A DNA stretch of 64,000 nucleotides from a virus (Duplodnaviria; Caudoviricetes): IMG/VR virus record IMGVR_UViG_3300027759_003844, positions 32,001 through 96,000 of that record; one strand, written 5' to 3'. The notes below the pieces were generated by a model, which was given only the letters and a program-made list of their open reading frames with translations, was not told the DNA's origin and did no database searches. Made by a program: the position numbers and the translations under genes. This document shows, piece after piece, positions 19,357 through 30,100 of the stretch; the stretch's first letter is position 1, and the number at the start of each line of letters is the position of its first letter.

Positions 19357-20031
19357 TTATGCAATCCCGCCAACATCTTCAACATATAGCTGAAGTGGAA
19401 TGGTTCCACTAGAAACAATAACAGAATATGCTGGCAGGTTGGCTGTAGATGCGCCAGAGTTTCTATCCACAGCGGCGAAGAATGAACTATTCTGAAACCC
19501 AGAAACATTACTTGCTAAAACTACGGAGTACGATCCAGAACCAAACTTGGAATCATAAGCGTTATTACGCAAAGTGTTATTAGCAATTGTTGCGTTAGCC
19601 CCAGCTGAGACATCAATGTAAGTAAATGGTGGAGGAGTAAAAGAAAAAGTGCTAATAACAGTATTAGCCCCACCTGAAACGCCTGAGCGAAGAGTTAATA
19701 TATAGGTGCTATCTTCAGCACCCTTAGTATCAACTGTAAAGCCTGGAAAGTTAACTGTTACCCGATAGTAACGACTAACCCCGATAGTCACACGATTATC
19801 CCCACCACCAGTGCCAGAATCGTCTTTTAAGCTAATAATCTCATGAGCAGATTGGTAATCTTGGAATGGTCCAACTGTGCTAGTGACTGTTTTTAGTTTT
19901 TTAACACCTTGTGGGTTATCGTCAGTAGACTCTTTAACTTGTTGAATATTTGTAGACATTTGCTGAAGCCTGTCCCCTGTAATTGGGGTTCCATCAGTCC
20001 ATGAAATTTGTGTATAGTTCTCGTAAGCCAT
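19357..20031 (-). CDS. Minor tail / fibre-associated protein
   Basis: N-terminal WTDGTPITGDRL fibre motif; beta-rich; end of tail module. Confidence 0.55.
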   Translation of the reverse strand: MAYENYTQISWTDGTPITGDRLQQMSTNIQQVKESTDDNPQGVKKLKTVTSTVGPFQDYQSAHEIISLKDDSGTGGGDNRVTIGVSRYYRVTVNFPGFTVDTKGAEDSTYILTLRSGVSGGANTVISTFSFTPPPFTYIDVSAGANATIANNTLRNNAYDSKFGSGSYSVVLASNVSGFQNSSFFAAVDRNSGASTANLPAYSVIVSSGTIPLQLYVEDVGGIA

Positions 20032-20038
20032 TTATCTA

Positions 20039-21757
20039 TTATACCTTACTTTCTAGTTCTTTGACACGATTGTTTAGATCATGTATAGCTGATATTAGAT
20101 GAGGAATGAGAACAGTGTAGTCAACTGACGCATATCTTGGTTTTTGCCAAACACCCTCTCCAGGAACAAATTCATAAAAATCAGAACCAAATAGTTCCAT
20201 TTCTTCTAATGAAAAACCTTCTGGATGTTCCGAATACCTGTGAACCCACCCCTCATATGCATAGTCATCAATTACGGCTTCAGGGTAAAGTATCTTTAAC
20301 TCATCAGCAATAACTCCAACTCCACAACTGCGATCCTGCAACCATTGAGGTGCCTTTTCATTCCAATCAAATTCATAAGTATTTATAGAATAAAAATTAT
20401 CTAATACAGATGTTGAAACATTTCTTATATTATCCTTGACTCTTCTATCCGAAGTTATTGTGTTAGTAATGGTACCACTAACAGAAGCATCATTGTTTAC
20501 AACAAATGTCAATCTTCCACCAGAGTTTCTCCAACCAAATGCCATTGGGAATCCATCATGTGTTAAATTTGTTGCATTGTATTTCCAGCCAGATCCAGTA
20601 ATATCAACATAAGTAGGTTGAGCGCCAGTTACTATAGGTCTTATACTATATGCGTAATGACGATTATCTGAATCAATTGCAATATATGACCCTACCGCAA
20701 GATAGGCACTCGCATGCACACTGCCACCAGTTAAGTAGCTAAATGACCCACCATAGCTAACTTTCATTATTGAAGAGCTGATCTCTGAAGTCCAGCCTAG
20801 ATAGTTGACTTCAAAAACATTTTCGCTAACACTTCCGACTGCAGGATATAATGCTACATATCTACCAGCAGTGTCATTGTAGATACCATCAGAATCTATA
20901 GTCCAGGCTCCAATTGAACCATCAGCTGCATAAATAGAGCCATACAATAGGGCATTATTTGCAGATAGATTTCCAGATGCATCAACGCTAAAATTACCAC
21001 TTGATGTTGCGATTGAACCATCAGCAAAAAGTACAGTAGCACCACCACCAGAAGTTAGATCGCCATTAGAATCAATGACAAGTCCTGGGGTAGATAGTGA
21101 AGATGCTTCAATAGTGCCCGATATATTTGCACCAGTTGCAGATAAGACTCCAGCTGCGCTAACACTAAAATTACCATTTACAATTTTACCGTTGGCATAC
21201 AATGCAAAATTATCGGCAGTTAGATTACCAGCGGAATCAATATCAATACCTGGAGTATGAACAGATGCAGCATCTATTTGCCCTCTAATAAAGGTTGTAT
21301 CAAAAACAGCTTGACCCTGCCCAGATACAGCCCAGCCAACTGTACCAGCAGTAGTGATGACACCATTGGCGAGAACTGTCCCATCAAAGTTATTACTTCT
21401 AATTACATTATTAACAAGAATAATGTTTGCAGATAATTCATTTGCTGTTAATGTACCTGTCACAATAGAATTTGCTTCAATTGATCTTGAAACAATATGG
21501 GCAGAGCCATTTACCACTCCTGGCTGAAGAATTATGTTGGCGGGTTTCAACACCGCATTATTAACTGTATCTATAATAAAATTTTCAAATGAAACATAAT
21601 TTCTTGTTTGGTCTGCAATACGAGAAGGATCTCCGAAAATGCCCCACGAAAAGTCAAATAAAGAATACTTAGATGTATCAATAAAACTAGAGTTCTCTCC
21701 ATCATGAGAGTGACCACCCCGACCAGGATAAAAGTAGATAGTATTTTCACTAGCCAT
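20039..21757 (-). CDS. Tail fibre/spike with C-terminal intramolecular chaperone (peptidase S74)
   Basis: Beta repeats (FSVDASGNLSA), SDRRVKDNI, GVIADEL, VDYTVLIPHL. Confidence 0.85.
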   Translation of the reverse strand: MASENTIYFYPGRGGHSHDGENSSFIDTSKYSLFDFSWGIFGDPSRIADQTRNYVSFENFIIDTVNNAVLKPANIILQPGVVNGSAHIVSRSIEANSIVTGTLTANELSANIILVNNVIRSNNFDGTVLANGVITTAGTVGWAVSGQGQAVFDTTFIRGQIDAASVHTPGIDIDSAGNLTADNFALYANGKIVNGNFSVSAAGVLSATGANISGTIEASSLSTPGLVIDSNGDLTSGGGATVLFADGSIATSSGNFSVDASGNLSANNALLYGSIYAADGSIGAWTIDSDGIYNDTAGRYVALYPAVGSVSENVFEVNYLGWTSEISSSIMKVSYGGSFSYLTGGSVHASAYLAVGSYIAIDSDNRHYAYSIRPIVTGAQPTYVDITGSGWKYNATNLTHDGFPMAFGWRNSGGRLTFVVNNDASVSGTITNTITSDRRVKDNIRNVSTSVLDNFYSINTYEFDWNEKAPQWLQDRSCGVGVIADELKILYPEAVIDDYAYEGWVHRYSEHPEGFSLEEMELFGSDFYEFVPGEGVWQKPRYASVDYTVLIPHLISAIHDLNNRVKELESKV

Positions 21758-24700
21758 TAAGAAACACCTCGTAAGACTAAATTCTGCGTTACAGTATCAC
21801 CAATAGTTGTACTATGAGAAATCACCCAATAATCAGTATTAACTATGTCTAACGCATTAAGTGCCGTTATTCTAATTCTATCACCCAATTGAACCTTTGG
21901 CATTGCCGTAACTGATATATTAATAATTGGAACTGGTAGTTGTGTTTTTTCAATAATAAAATCAGCCAGTTTTTTTGCATGAACAGAGTCTGTAATGAAT
22001 GGGCTTTGAATTGTTAAATCTTTAATCCCATATTTTTTGATACTTGCATCTGTTGAAGCCGACTGTTCTTTAACTTGAGTATTTTGCTCAGTCATCTCAA
22101 CAGCAATGCCGCCAATTGTTGTTGCGTAAGGATACTGCGTTTCTGGGTTTGTACCCTGCAACCAAGCAAGCTTACCCTGCTCAACATCGGTAGTAGCAGA
22201 AACAATTAATTCAGCTCCATACGCATACGGTAAGTATCTGGATATTTCAACTCGGGCTGGAGAGTCAAAAAGAATTGCAGAAACAAACGGGCTCCTAATA
22301 TTATAAGCTGGAGACTTATCAAACTTAAGGTCGTAATATCTAGATTCTCTAACTTTTGTTCCCGAAGTATGAGCAGCAGCAGTCGTTTGAAATTGTCCAC
22401 GCTCTAACCCATTAAAAGACACCGCTGTTTTTGAGATGTACTTAATGATCTCATCATCAATTTTAAGATAACCAGTCTTTGGGTAAACTGGATCTAGCGT
22501 AGTAGAAACATACATAACGGAATTAGCCCCGCTTGCGTTACTTGCAAGATTTGCAGTAAGAGCAGTAACTGCTAATGAAGCGTTGTCTGGAGCTGTCCAC
22601 AAATTCTGCACCGTAGATGAAGATGTCTGGATAGCGCCCACTGGAACAATAACCTTGTTACACTGTAAAGAAACAACATAGTTAGCTTCTGTTATATTTG
22701 TTGAATCACTAATTGATGTTTGAATAACAGCATGTTGATTAATTGTAGGTTCAAAGAATCGGTAGTAATGCTCGTATCTTGCATGGTCAGTTTCATCTAC
22801 ATAAACACGACCCATATCAGCAAATGTAATCCCATCCATAATGCCTCTAATGGTATCCTCGTTGCCATACAAGAATGCAAATTGAGTAAGAGGTTGCATT
22901 TTTGCCTCAGTATATCTATCACTTACTTGAGCAGAAGTGAGGCATTCATTATAGATAGCAAACTCATCAGCATAAAGACTTCTAATAGTTGCTGGGGCTA
23001 CTTCTGCACCAGCCGTATAGGTTGCCCCTCTCCCACCAATTGTAATTGGCTTTGAAGCCCAAGAAACAATTTCGCCAGCGACAACCTCTGTGTCTGACAG
23101 AGCCCCATTAACATAATATTTGAGGCTCTCCCCATCAAAAGTAGCAACTAGATGTGATGCAGAAGAATTAGACAATGCAGTGTTAGAAGAAACAGTTTCT
23201 GTTGCAACAACAGAGTTCGCAATTGCTTTAACTTTAAAACCATGAGATGTAGAGTTATTGAAAAATTCAAAACCAGCAGTAGATGTTGAATTGTTCCAAG
23301 AACTCAAATATTCTCCATCACTACTAAAAGACCCATTGTGGAATTTCCCATAAAATTCAATTGACCATCTTGCATCAGCAGTCACATCAAGGCTTGCATC
23401 GCTCGGTATTCTAATATATGAATTTGATTCCAGCAAAACTGATTGATCATCTAGATCAGAAACCAAAAATGAAGGTTGACTTAATTTTGGTGAATTAATA
23501 TATATTGCATTATTCCTATGATTATTGGCATCAGCAACAGTAAGAGTTCTAGATGGGTCTTTAGTCCCGATACTATCCAGTGCAGCAATCGTGCAACACT
23601 CGTTTGCACTTACCAGAACATCTGACCCACCACTTAACGCTTTGTATAGAGTTATATCAAATGAAGCAACTCCGCCAGTGTTAAAAGAATGATAGAATTC
23701 AATTCTTATCTTTCTTGGAACACCAGCGGTAAGGTTAACAGTGCTTGACGCAAACCTTGTAGATGTTGTCGTTAGATTATAGCGATTAAGAATTATAATA
23801 TCATCTAAATAAACTCTAACCCCGCCATATGCTATTCTAATAATAATTTGTTGTAAACCAGAATCTGTTGGTATATAATACCCATCAAATACACCATTAT
23901 AATATTCAGAATAAACAGTACCGTCAGTGCCTGTAAAGGTATAATCATTTAAATCTAGAGCATATGCACTAGATGATGATATTGCTTTAGAGAGCGCCGT
24001 AATTGTTGGAGAAGTAAATTTTTCTACCTCAAGGGCTTTATCCATCGGGGACAATTCTTTATCAATGGCATCTGCCAGAATATCTTTAACGGAAACATCT
24101 TTCTTATTTGATGGCATCCCCCAAAACCGTGCCCTTAATCCAGTCGCTGGGATGATATTATTACCACTCCTATCAACAGTATCTTCATTAAAAGAATACG
24201 ATGCAACAGCTCCTCTTGCACGAGCGCCCTGTTTGTAGTTTTGCAATCTCTCAATATCTGCCTTTGGGAAATTTGCCCTTAATAAAAGATTTTCAACAGC
24301 ATCATCTGCATAAGAATTCTGTAAAAAGAAACCGTAGTTGATTGTTCGTTCAGACAAATACTTTGTCCAATCCTGTAAATTAGCACTCACTGTCATGTCT
24401 GTACCAATTGACCATTCATCAACATAGAATGTCCCATTTTTTACATATTCATAAATATCAAAACGAACAAGACTTCCAGTGCTGTGATTTTTAGCAACAG
24501 AACCACCATACCCACGCTCCAATACTGTTACAACACTAGAGTTAGACACTGAAGAACAAAGGATTACTTCCTCTGATTGTGTATCACGATCAATAACAAC
24601 AATAAATTCATTACCAGACCCACCAGTAGGAATATTGGATTTATCCAGAACAGTGAATGACATATCTGTATCAGTAATACTGCTAGTAATCTGAGTCTCT

Positions 24701-25668
24701 AAATAGGATGCATTAATATTATTACTGCTTGGTTTTTTAATTCTCCATCCAGTAAAGACCTCAACCTCTAAATCTTTTACCATATATTTACCATAAAGAG
24801 ATGATGTATTAAATAAATTGAAAACCTTTGTTGTATTATCTAATGTTAAATCAACAACAGCAGTCTCTGACCCGCCGATTGGCAAACTGGTGGAATGGAC
24901 ATCCCGAGTTCTATTCACTGAGTACGAAATAATGTAGTCACTAATATCTTCTTCGTACAAAGGAATGATTTCTTGGATTCTTGCATAATCTTGCGGATAT
25001 GAAGTTGAATGAATAATCACTTTAATCTTTGAAATATTCTGTGTTGTTAATGCACTTGATAAGATGTGGTCCATGTAATACCCACCAATAGGAATCTCTC
25101 CAACTTCACTCAAAACTAAATTTAAAGAACCATCATACGCTTCAACAGTATATGTTGATATTTGACCATAAAATTCTGATGTTACAATTCTAATTTTATT
25201 TACTTTTCTTGTTGTAAAAGTTGCTTGGATATATGGATCAGTAGTAAATCCATATCCACTATGTGTAGCGTGAGCATTAGAAGTACTTGTACTATTTGAC
25301 CACCATCCGAATTCAAGACTGCTTCCAATTTGTGTATTAGCCAAATCATTAGTAGTGAGCGATGGCATTGCATACCAACTACCATCCGCTTTAATCACAT
25401 CACCATTTATATCTTTAGCACCAGCAACTGCCCAAGTAAACGATTGTCTTTTAATTCCGTTAAAAGCTTCGGTAACAGGGAAGAAGAAGCCCCGAGTCGG
25501 GTAGGCTGTATTTGCAGGGGCATCGTTTGTTGTAACAACCAGGTTGTCAAGGTGACGACTATCCAGCCATTTGATAATAACTCTTGGCTTTATCTTCTGG
25601 GCTGGTGCAACAATCGCTGAATTAAATGAAGTAGAGAACTCCTTGCCATATAGTCCAGATGTTAACAT
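21757..25668 (-). CDS. Large tail-tip/hub protein with PA14-like and LamG-like domains
   Basis: FDGYYIP...GGVRVYLDD...KIRIEF (PA14-like); HLVATFDGESLKYYVNG...DEFAIYN (LamG-like); SIKKYG/QLGDRI hub motifs. Confidence 0.75.
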   Translation of the reverse strand: MLTSGLYGKEFSTSFNSAIVAPAQKIKPRVIIKWLDSRHLDNLVVTTNDAPANTAYPTRGFFFPVTEAFNGIKRQSFTWAVAGAKDINGDVIKADGSWYAMPSLTTNDLANTQIGSSLEFGWWSNSTSTSNAHATHSGYGFTTDPYIQATFTTRKVNKIRIVTSEFYGQISTYTVEAYDGSLNLVLSEVGEIPIGGYYMDHILSSALTTQNISKIKVIIHSTSYPQDYARIQEIIPLYEEDISDYIISYSVNRTRDVHSTSLPIGGSETAVVDLTLDNTTKVFNLFNTSSLYGKYMVKDLEVEVFTGWRIKKPSSNNINASYLETQITSSITDTDMSFTVLDKSNIPTGGSGNEFIVVIDRDTQSEEVILCSSVSNSSVVTVLERGYGGSVAKNHSTGSLVRFDIYEYVKNGTFYVDEWSIGTDMTVSANLQDWTKYLSERTINYGFFLQNSYADDAVENLLLRANFPKADIERLQNYKQGARARGAVASYSFNEDTVDRSGNNIIPATGLRARFWGMPSNKKDVSVKDILADAIDKELSPMDKALEVEKFTSPTITALSKAISSSSAYALDLNDYTFTGTDGTVYSEYYNGVFDGYYIPTDSGLQQIIIRIAYGGVRVYLDDIIILNRYNLTTTSTRFASSTVNLTAGVPRKIRIEFYHSFNTGGVASFDITLYKALSGGSDVLVSANECCTIAALDSIGTKDPSRTLTVADANNHRNNAIYINSPKLSQPSFLVSDLDDQSVLLESNSYIRIPSDASLDVTADARWSIEFYGKFHNGSFSSDGEYLSSWNNSTSTAGFEFFNNSTSHGFKVKAIANSVVATETVSSNTALSNSSASHLVATFDGESLKYYVNGALSDTEVVAGEIVSWASKPITIGGRGATYTAGAEVAPATIRSLYADEFAIYNECLTSAQVSDRYTEAKMQPLTQFAFLYGNEDTIRGIMDGITFADMGRVYVDETDHARYEHYYRFFEPTINQHAVIQTSISDSTNITEANYVVSLQCNKVIVPVGAIQTSSSTVQNLWTAPDNASLAVTALTANLASNASGANSVMYVSTTLDPVYPKTGYLKIDDEIIKYISKTAVSFNGLERGQFQTTAAAHTSGTKVRESRYYDLKFDKSPAYNIRSPFVSAILFDSPARVEISRYLPYAYGAELIVSATTDVEQGKLAWLQGTNPETQYPYATTIGGIAVEMTEQNTQVKEQSASTDASIKKYGIKDLTIQSPFITDSVHAKKLADFIIEKTQLPVPIINISVTAMPKVQLGDRIRITALNALDIVNTDYWVISHSTTIGDTVTQNLVLRGVS

Positions 25669-26763
25669 TTAAACCTCTTCCAGCGTCATTGCGCAATCAA
25701 AATAGTATACACCACTAACCAAATCCCTTCTTAACAATTTTTCATTAAAATTAGTAATAAAGACACTTACTGACTCTTCGGTATAGGGGGTTATACCATT
25801 TTCATCTTGATTGATAATTGTTAAAGTATGGATATCTGAATCCATTGCTGCATCTTTCAAATAGTTTCTAGACTCCCTGTAGTCAACTGTTTCATCACTC
25901 TTATTGGGAATAAAGCTCCATTTGGCATTAAATGTTCTCTTGGACCCGCCATACTGAGCGGAATTCTTGTAATACCTAGACGAATCTCCTGCCCAATTAT
26001 TATTTTCTATAAATACTGGAGTTGTAGAAATGTCAAATGTTCTTGACTGGTTCGTTAAAGGCACACCATCTAACAACAGTAGGGCTCGTATCAGTGAAGA
26101 GTCAGCTGTAATGTTCGGGCTGAACCGAATCATCTGCGCCCTTGTCTCGCTATTAGATGTATTAATATTTATTCTAATTGTTGCAAGGAATATATGAGCA
26201 TTTACAGTACTAGCATTTGGCACCGTTGTAACATTGCCAAGTACTGATATTAACGAACTTACAAACCTAATTCTTAATGCAGATACAGGAACATCAGATG
26301 TGCATAGGATATTAGTATTGCTATAAGCAATCTTTGTTACAACTGTAGCAGCCGAAGCCGCAGAATCTATTGCGGATGCAGCCAATGCTATTTTCATTCC
26401 TACCGTAACAACGCTTGATGTACAATCTATTGCAGATGAAGCATATGCTATTTTTGTACCAACAGTAACTACACTTGATGTTATATATATTGGTACCAAG
26501 AACGGCTGGATCTTAGTTCCAAGCGTCAATGTTGTTGAAAGAATATCGCTTATATCTATTTGAGCATGAGCAATCTTATAAGAAGTAGCAGTTAATACAG
26601 CATCAGCTGATAGTGCAATTGTCCCATGAGAAAGTTTGATAGAAGTAACTTGTAGGGTTACATTCCCAGAAACCGCAATTAAACCGAACTGTGTTTTGTC
26701 CGCAAAATAGAAATCTACACCACTATTTAGAGGTTCACTAAAACTATAGAAACTGTCTGCCAT
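25669..26763 (-). CDS. Minor tail protein: ~21-aa repeats plus distal-tail-like C-terminal domain
   Basis: KIAYASSAIDCTSSVVTVG-type repeats; C-terminus resembles 26766..27176. Confidence 0.6.
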   Translation of the reverse strand: MADSFYSFSEPLNSGVDFYFADKTQFGLIAVSGNVTLQVTSIKLSHGTIALSADAVLTATSYKIAHAQIDISDILSTTLTLGTKIQPFLVPIYITSSVVTVGTKIAYASSAIDCTSSVVTVGMKIALAASAIDSAASAATVVTKIAYSNTNILCTSDVPVSALRIRFVSSLISVLGNVTTVPNASTVNAHIFLATIRININTSNSETRAQMIRFSPNITADSSLIRALLLLDGVPLTNQSRTFDISTTPVFIENNNWAGDSSRYYKNSAQYGGSKRTFNAKWSFIPNKSDETVDYRESRNYLKDAAMDSDIHTLTIINQDENGITPYTEESVSVFITNFNEKLLRRDLVSGVYYFDCAMTLEEV

Positions 26764-26765
26764 TG

Positions 26766-27176
26766 TTATTTCTCTTTAAGAGAAATCTCAACATTGTAAT
26801 AAGCACACTGGTTGGGAATATCTCTTCTAATTAATGTTTCTGAATATGACTCTACATAAACAACTGTATTATAGAAGGCATCATCAGGGTCCAATTTAAT
26901 TGATAGCGTAGCTGACGATGGAGCTCTAGCAAGATCATAAAGATAGTTCCGACTCTTACGACCATCAATAGTTTCTGATGGCTTGTCTGGAAGGTAGGTG
27001 AAAGAGAAGGTGTAATTATTCTTTGCGTTCTTAATAAACCTTTTTCTATTCCCGTTTAAAAGTTCGGTATTAGCAGCAGATGTAATCATACCACCACTGA
27101 ATATACGGTTATGCTCGGTAATCTCTTGCCCATTAAGGACAACAAGATGGGTGATATTAGGTTGTTGAATAGCCAT
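26766..27176 (-). CDS. Distal-tail (Dit)-like protein
   Basis: Directly follows TMP; NG..KR...K..YTFSF and final xLxE pattern. Confidence 0.6.
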   Translation of the reverse strand: MAIQQPNITHLVVLNGQEITEHNRIFSGGMITSAANTELLNGNRKRFIKNAKNNYTFSFTYLPDKPSETIDGRKSRNYLYDLARAPSSATLSIKLDPDDAFYNTVVYVESYSETLIRRDIPNQCAYYNVEISLKEK

Positions 27177-30100
27177 TAGTTAATACCATTATAGCTTGTA
27201 AATGTTCTAGACTCATTACCAGCAGCCTTATTCATTTTTGGAAGAACATTAACATTGTAACTCTTCATCATTGACTTAAACCATTCTTCTTCCCCAACAA
27301 ATGTTTCAACATTGATATTGACTGTTGATACACTGGTTGACCCACCACCAGAATAGGACGGGGAACCAGAAGGAACATTAAACTTTGAGCGGTTGATTGA
27401 CTGCATTGTTCTTACGCCCATGCTTCTTACAGCATCAGCATTAACAACATATTCACCACCATGCAAGATTGCAGGAACTTCCATTGAAGGAGCACCAGGA
27501 ACATAACCACCAGATTTAAAGCGATTACCAATCCATTCTGTATGCTTCTTAACACCGCTATACATATTGTTTCTAGAAAACAAGCGGCTGATCGCGTTAT
27601 CGCTCAAAGCAGCAATTTGGTGGGGACCATAAGAGTCTGCTATATTATAAGTTCCTTTTCCATAAGTTATCGCATTATGGTAGAAAGGTGAATCAAAGTG
27701 AGGACCAAAACCAGTATTTAACTGTTTTCCAAACACCCTAAGCAACTCATCTGCACCTGCAGTATTAGACCCATGCTCTCCGCCTCTAAAGAAAGCTTGA
27801 TCACTTAGCTTTCCTGTTTGGGATAAAGCATTCATTGCATCATTAACTTTTTGACCTGGAGAAGACCCACCCGTGAAAGTTTTAAATGAACCAGTTGGTA
27901 TTTTCAGACCCTCACCAGGTTTTGGAGTAAACCATGTATCAACAGTGTATAAATTATCCAAAGCCCCAGGGTTAGCGTCAATAACATCCTTAAGCCTCGC
28001 AACAATATAATGAGCATTTTCAATATTTGCTCTTTGTTGATGCCCTTGGACAATGTGGTTTATTGACATATGAATAGTATCTCTAATGTATTCCATAGTC
28101 CCAGTCGGGGTCTCGCTAGGAAATATTGTTTTATAGTCAGCCGTAGGTCTTAAGGCAATATTGCCAGCAGCATCAAGTGGTGGAGCAAACTGAGTCTCAT
28201 GAACTAGAAATAAATCATCTAGATTAAGTGAATCTAAACCACCACGCTTAACACTGCCTAATAAATTTTGCATTGGGTATGAAAAAGTTGAATCATCTTT
28301 TGCTTGCTGTATTATTTTTCTCCCAGCCTGCGCATAGTTATTAAACTGCATCATGGAGTTAGTATCGCCTCTTTGACCAGCATAAAGCAGTGCGTCAATC
28401 AAGTTTGTTGCAGCTCCACCTTCCTTTTTGTATGCTATATGAGCGGAAATCCAATCTCTTGATATTGCTTGACCTTCCTTGCTGAACTGGCTTAATCCAC
28501 TTATGTCATATGGGTTTAAATCAACATTTTTAAAATTATATGGTACATTAAAGCCTCCACCATTTCTCGGAAGTCCAAACCCAATATTTTCTGCTCCAAT
28601 TTTATACATTTCAAAAGACTCAGTTACAATTTGCTCTGCATCCCTCATCGCCTCTCTTGAAATAACTTGGGGGGTCAGTGGAGGACGGAATAACTCTAAG
28701 CCATTACCTGGTGCTTTTGGAAGTTTTTGGTAAAATGTTCCTGAAGTGCTTATTCTATCAAGATCGCCAAAAGGGTTTTTAATGCTTGAAAACATATTGC
28801 CCAAAGATCTAAAAATATTCGGCGGTTGAGCTTTTCCTTCAAGTTTAATCGCTTGTTGCCCTCTAGCAGCTTCAATTGCTTCTCCTAATTCTTTGGCTAT
28901 TTGACCTCTTGTTTTACCGTTTGTAACAACTTCCTGCAAAACACCCACTGGTTTGTCTGTCCATGAAATAGGGCTTTCTGCAAATGTGCTTGGCTTTAAC
29001 CCTCTAGCCCCTCCAATATAGATAGACCCAACTCTGTCCCCAGCATTAAGCGCACTATCTGCATACGGAAGTAATTTTTCTACTGCATTATCTGCTGTAG
29101 TTTTTGCGGCATCAAAAGTCCAAACTTTAGGAATAGCATTAATACCTTCTGCGGATGCAGGATTAGGGAGTAATGTTTTTAGACCCTGAATAGGCGATGC
29201 ATGATATACAAGATCAAATGCTTCTTTTTCTGCCAATACAGCAGCTTCTCGTGCCAAAGCATTGTTCATGGCAGCTGTGAACCCTGGTCTCATTATTTGA
29301 CCAAGAGTCAACTCTGTTGCGGTAAGCCCCATTTTCTCTACTGCTGCAATACCAAACGGTCTTAAAAGAGGTTTTGCAACAGCTGACACTCCAGCATTAA
29401 TTTCTGGTCCAAGAAGTGTGGTTATAATATTAAATGCATCACCCATATTCATAAGTTTATTATTAGCAACTTGTCCAAACCCGTCAGATTTACCGCCAGG
29501 AAGATTGAGACCAGTCAAGTTATTAATACCACGAATATAATTGATACCATTTTCTAAATCATGTTGATTTCTATTTTGTAAATTCTTAATTGGGTTATAA
29601 CTTAATCTTCTATCAAATAAAGCAAGTGGTGATTCAACAACACCCATTGCAATGTTATTTGCACTATTGCCAAATTTAACAAACGATTGCTGTAAGTCAA
29701 AGAGCGATTTAACTACGAACCCACCAGCTTTTGCAAATATACTCTTCTTTTCTGGCTTGACAACTGGTGCTATTGGTCCAATAAAGTTCTTAGCAAGCCC
29801 CGCATTTTTCAAGTCAGCATTTCTTTGAGCATTCCTTTGTTCTTGCGCTTTAGCGACTTGCCCTATTCTACTTGCCTCAGAAAGATGAATAACTTCAGCA
29901 GCTTTACTTGCTGCAGCAGTATTGGCATAAATACCTAAATGGTTTTTGTAACCACCATTAGCATATGCGTTAAAAGCATTAGTGTCAGATAAAATCTTTC
30001 CTTGAACAACTGTTGGCAATAATACTTCACCCTTGCCAATCCCAAAAGATGCAGAGCGAACAGTAGATACACCACCTTCACCTGCAAGATTGTTCTTAAC

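Noticed and set aside
28915-29225. Rifampin resistance (arr)
   Set aside because: Only fold-level resemblance, embedded in a TMP; the Arr-specific EDDPN region is absent
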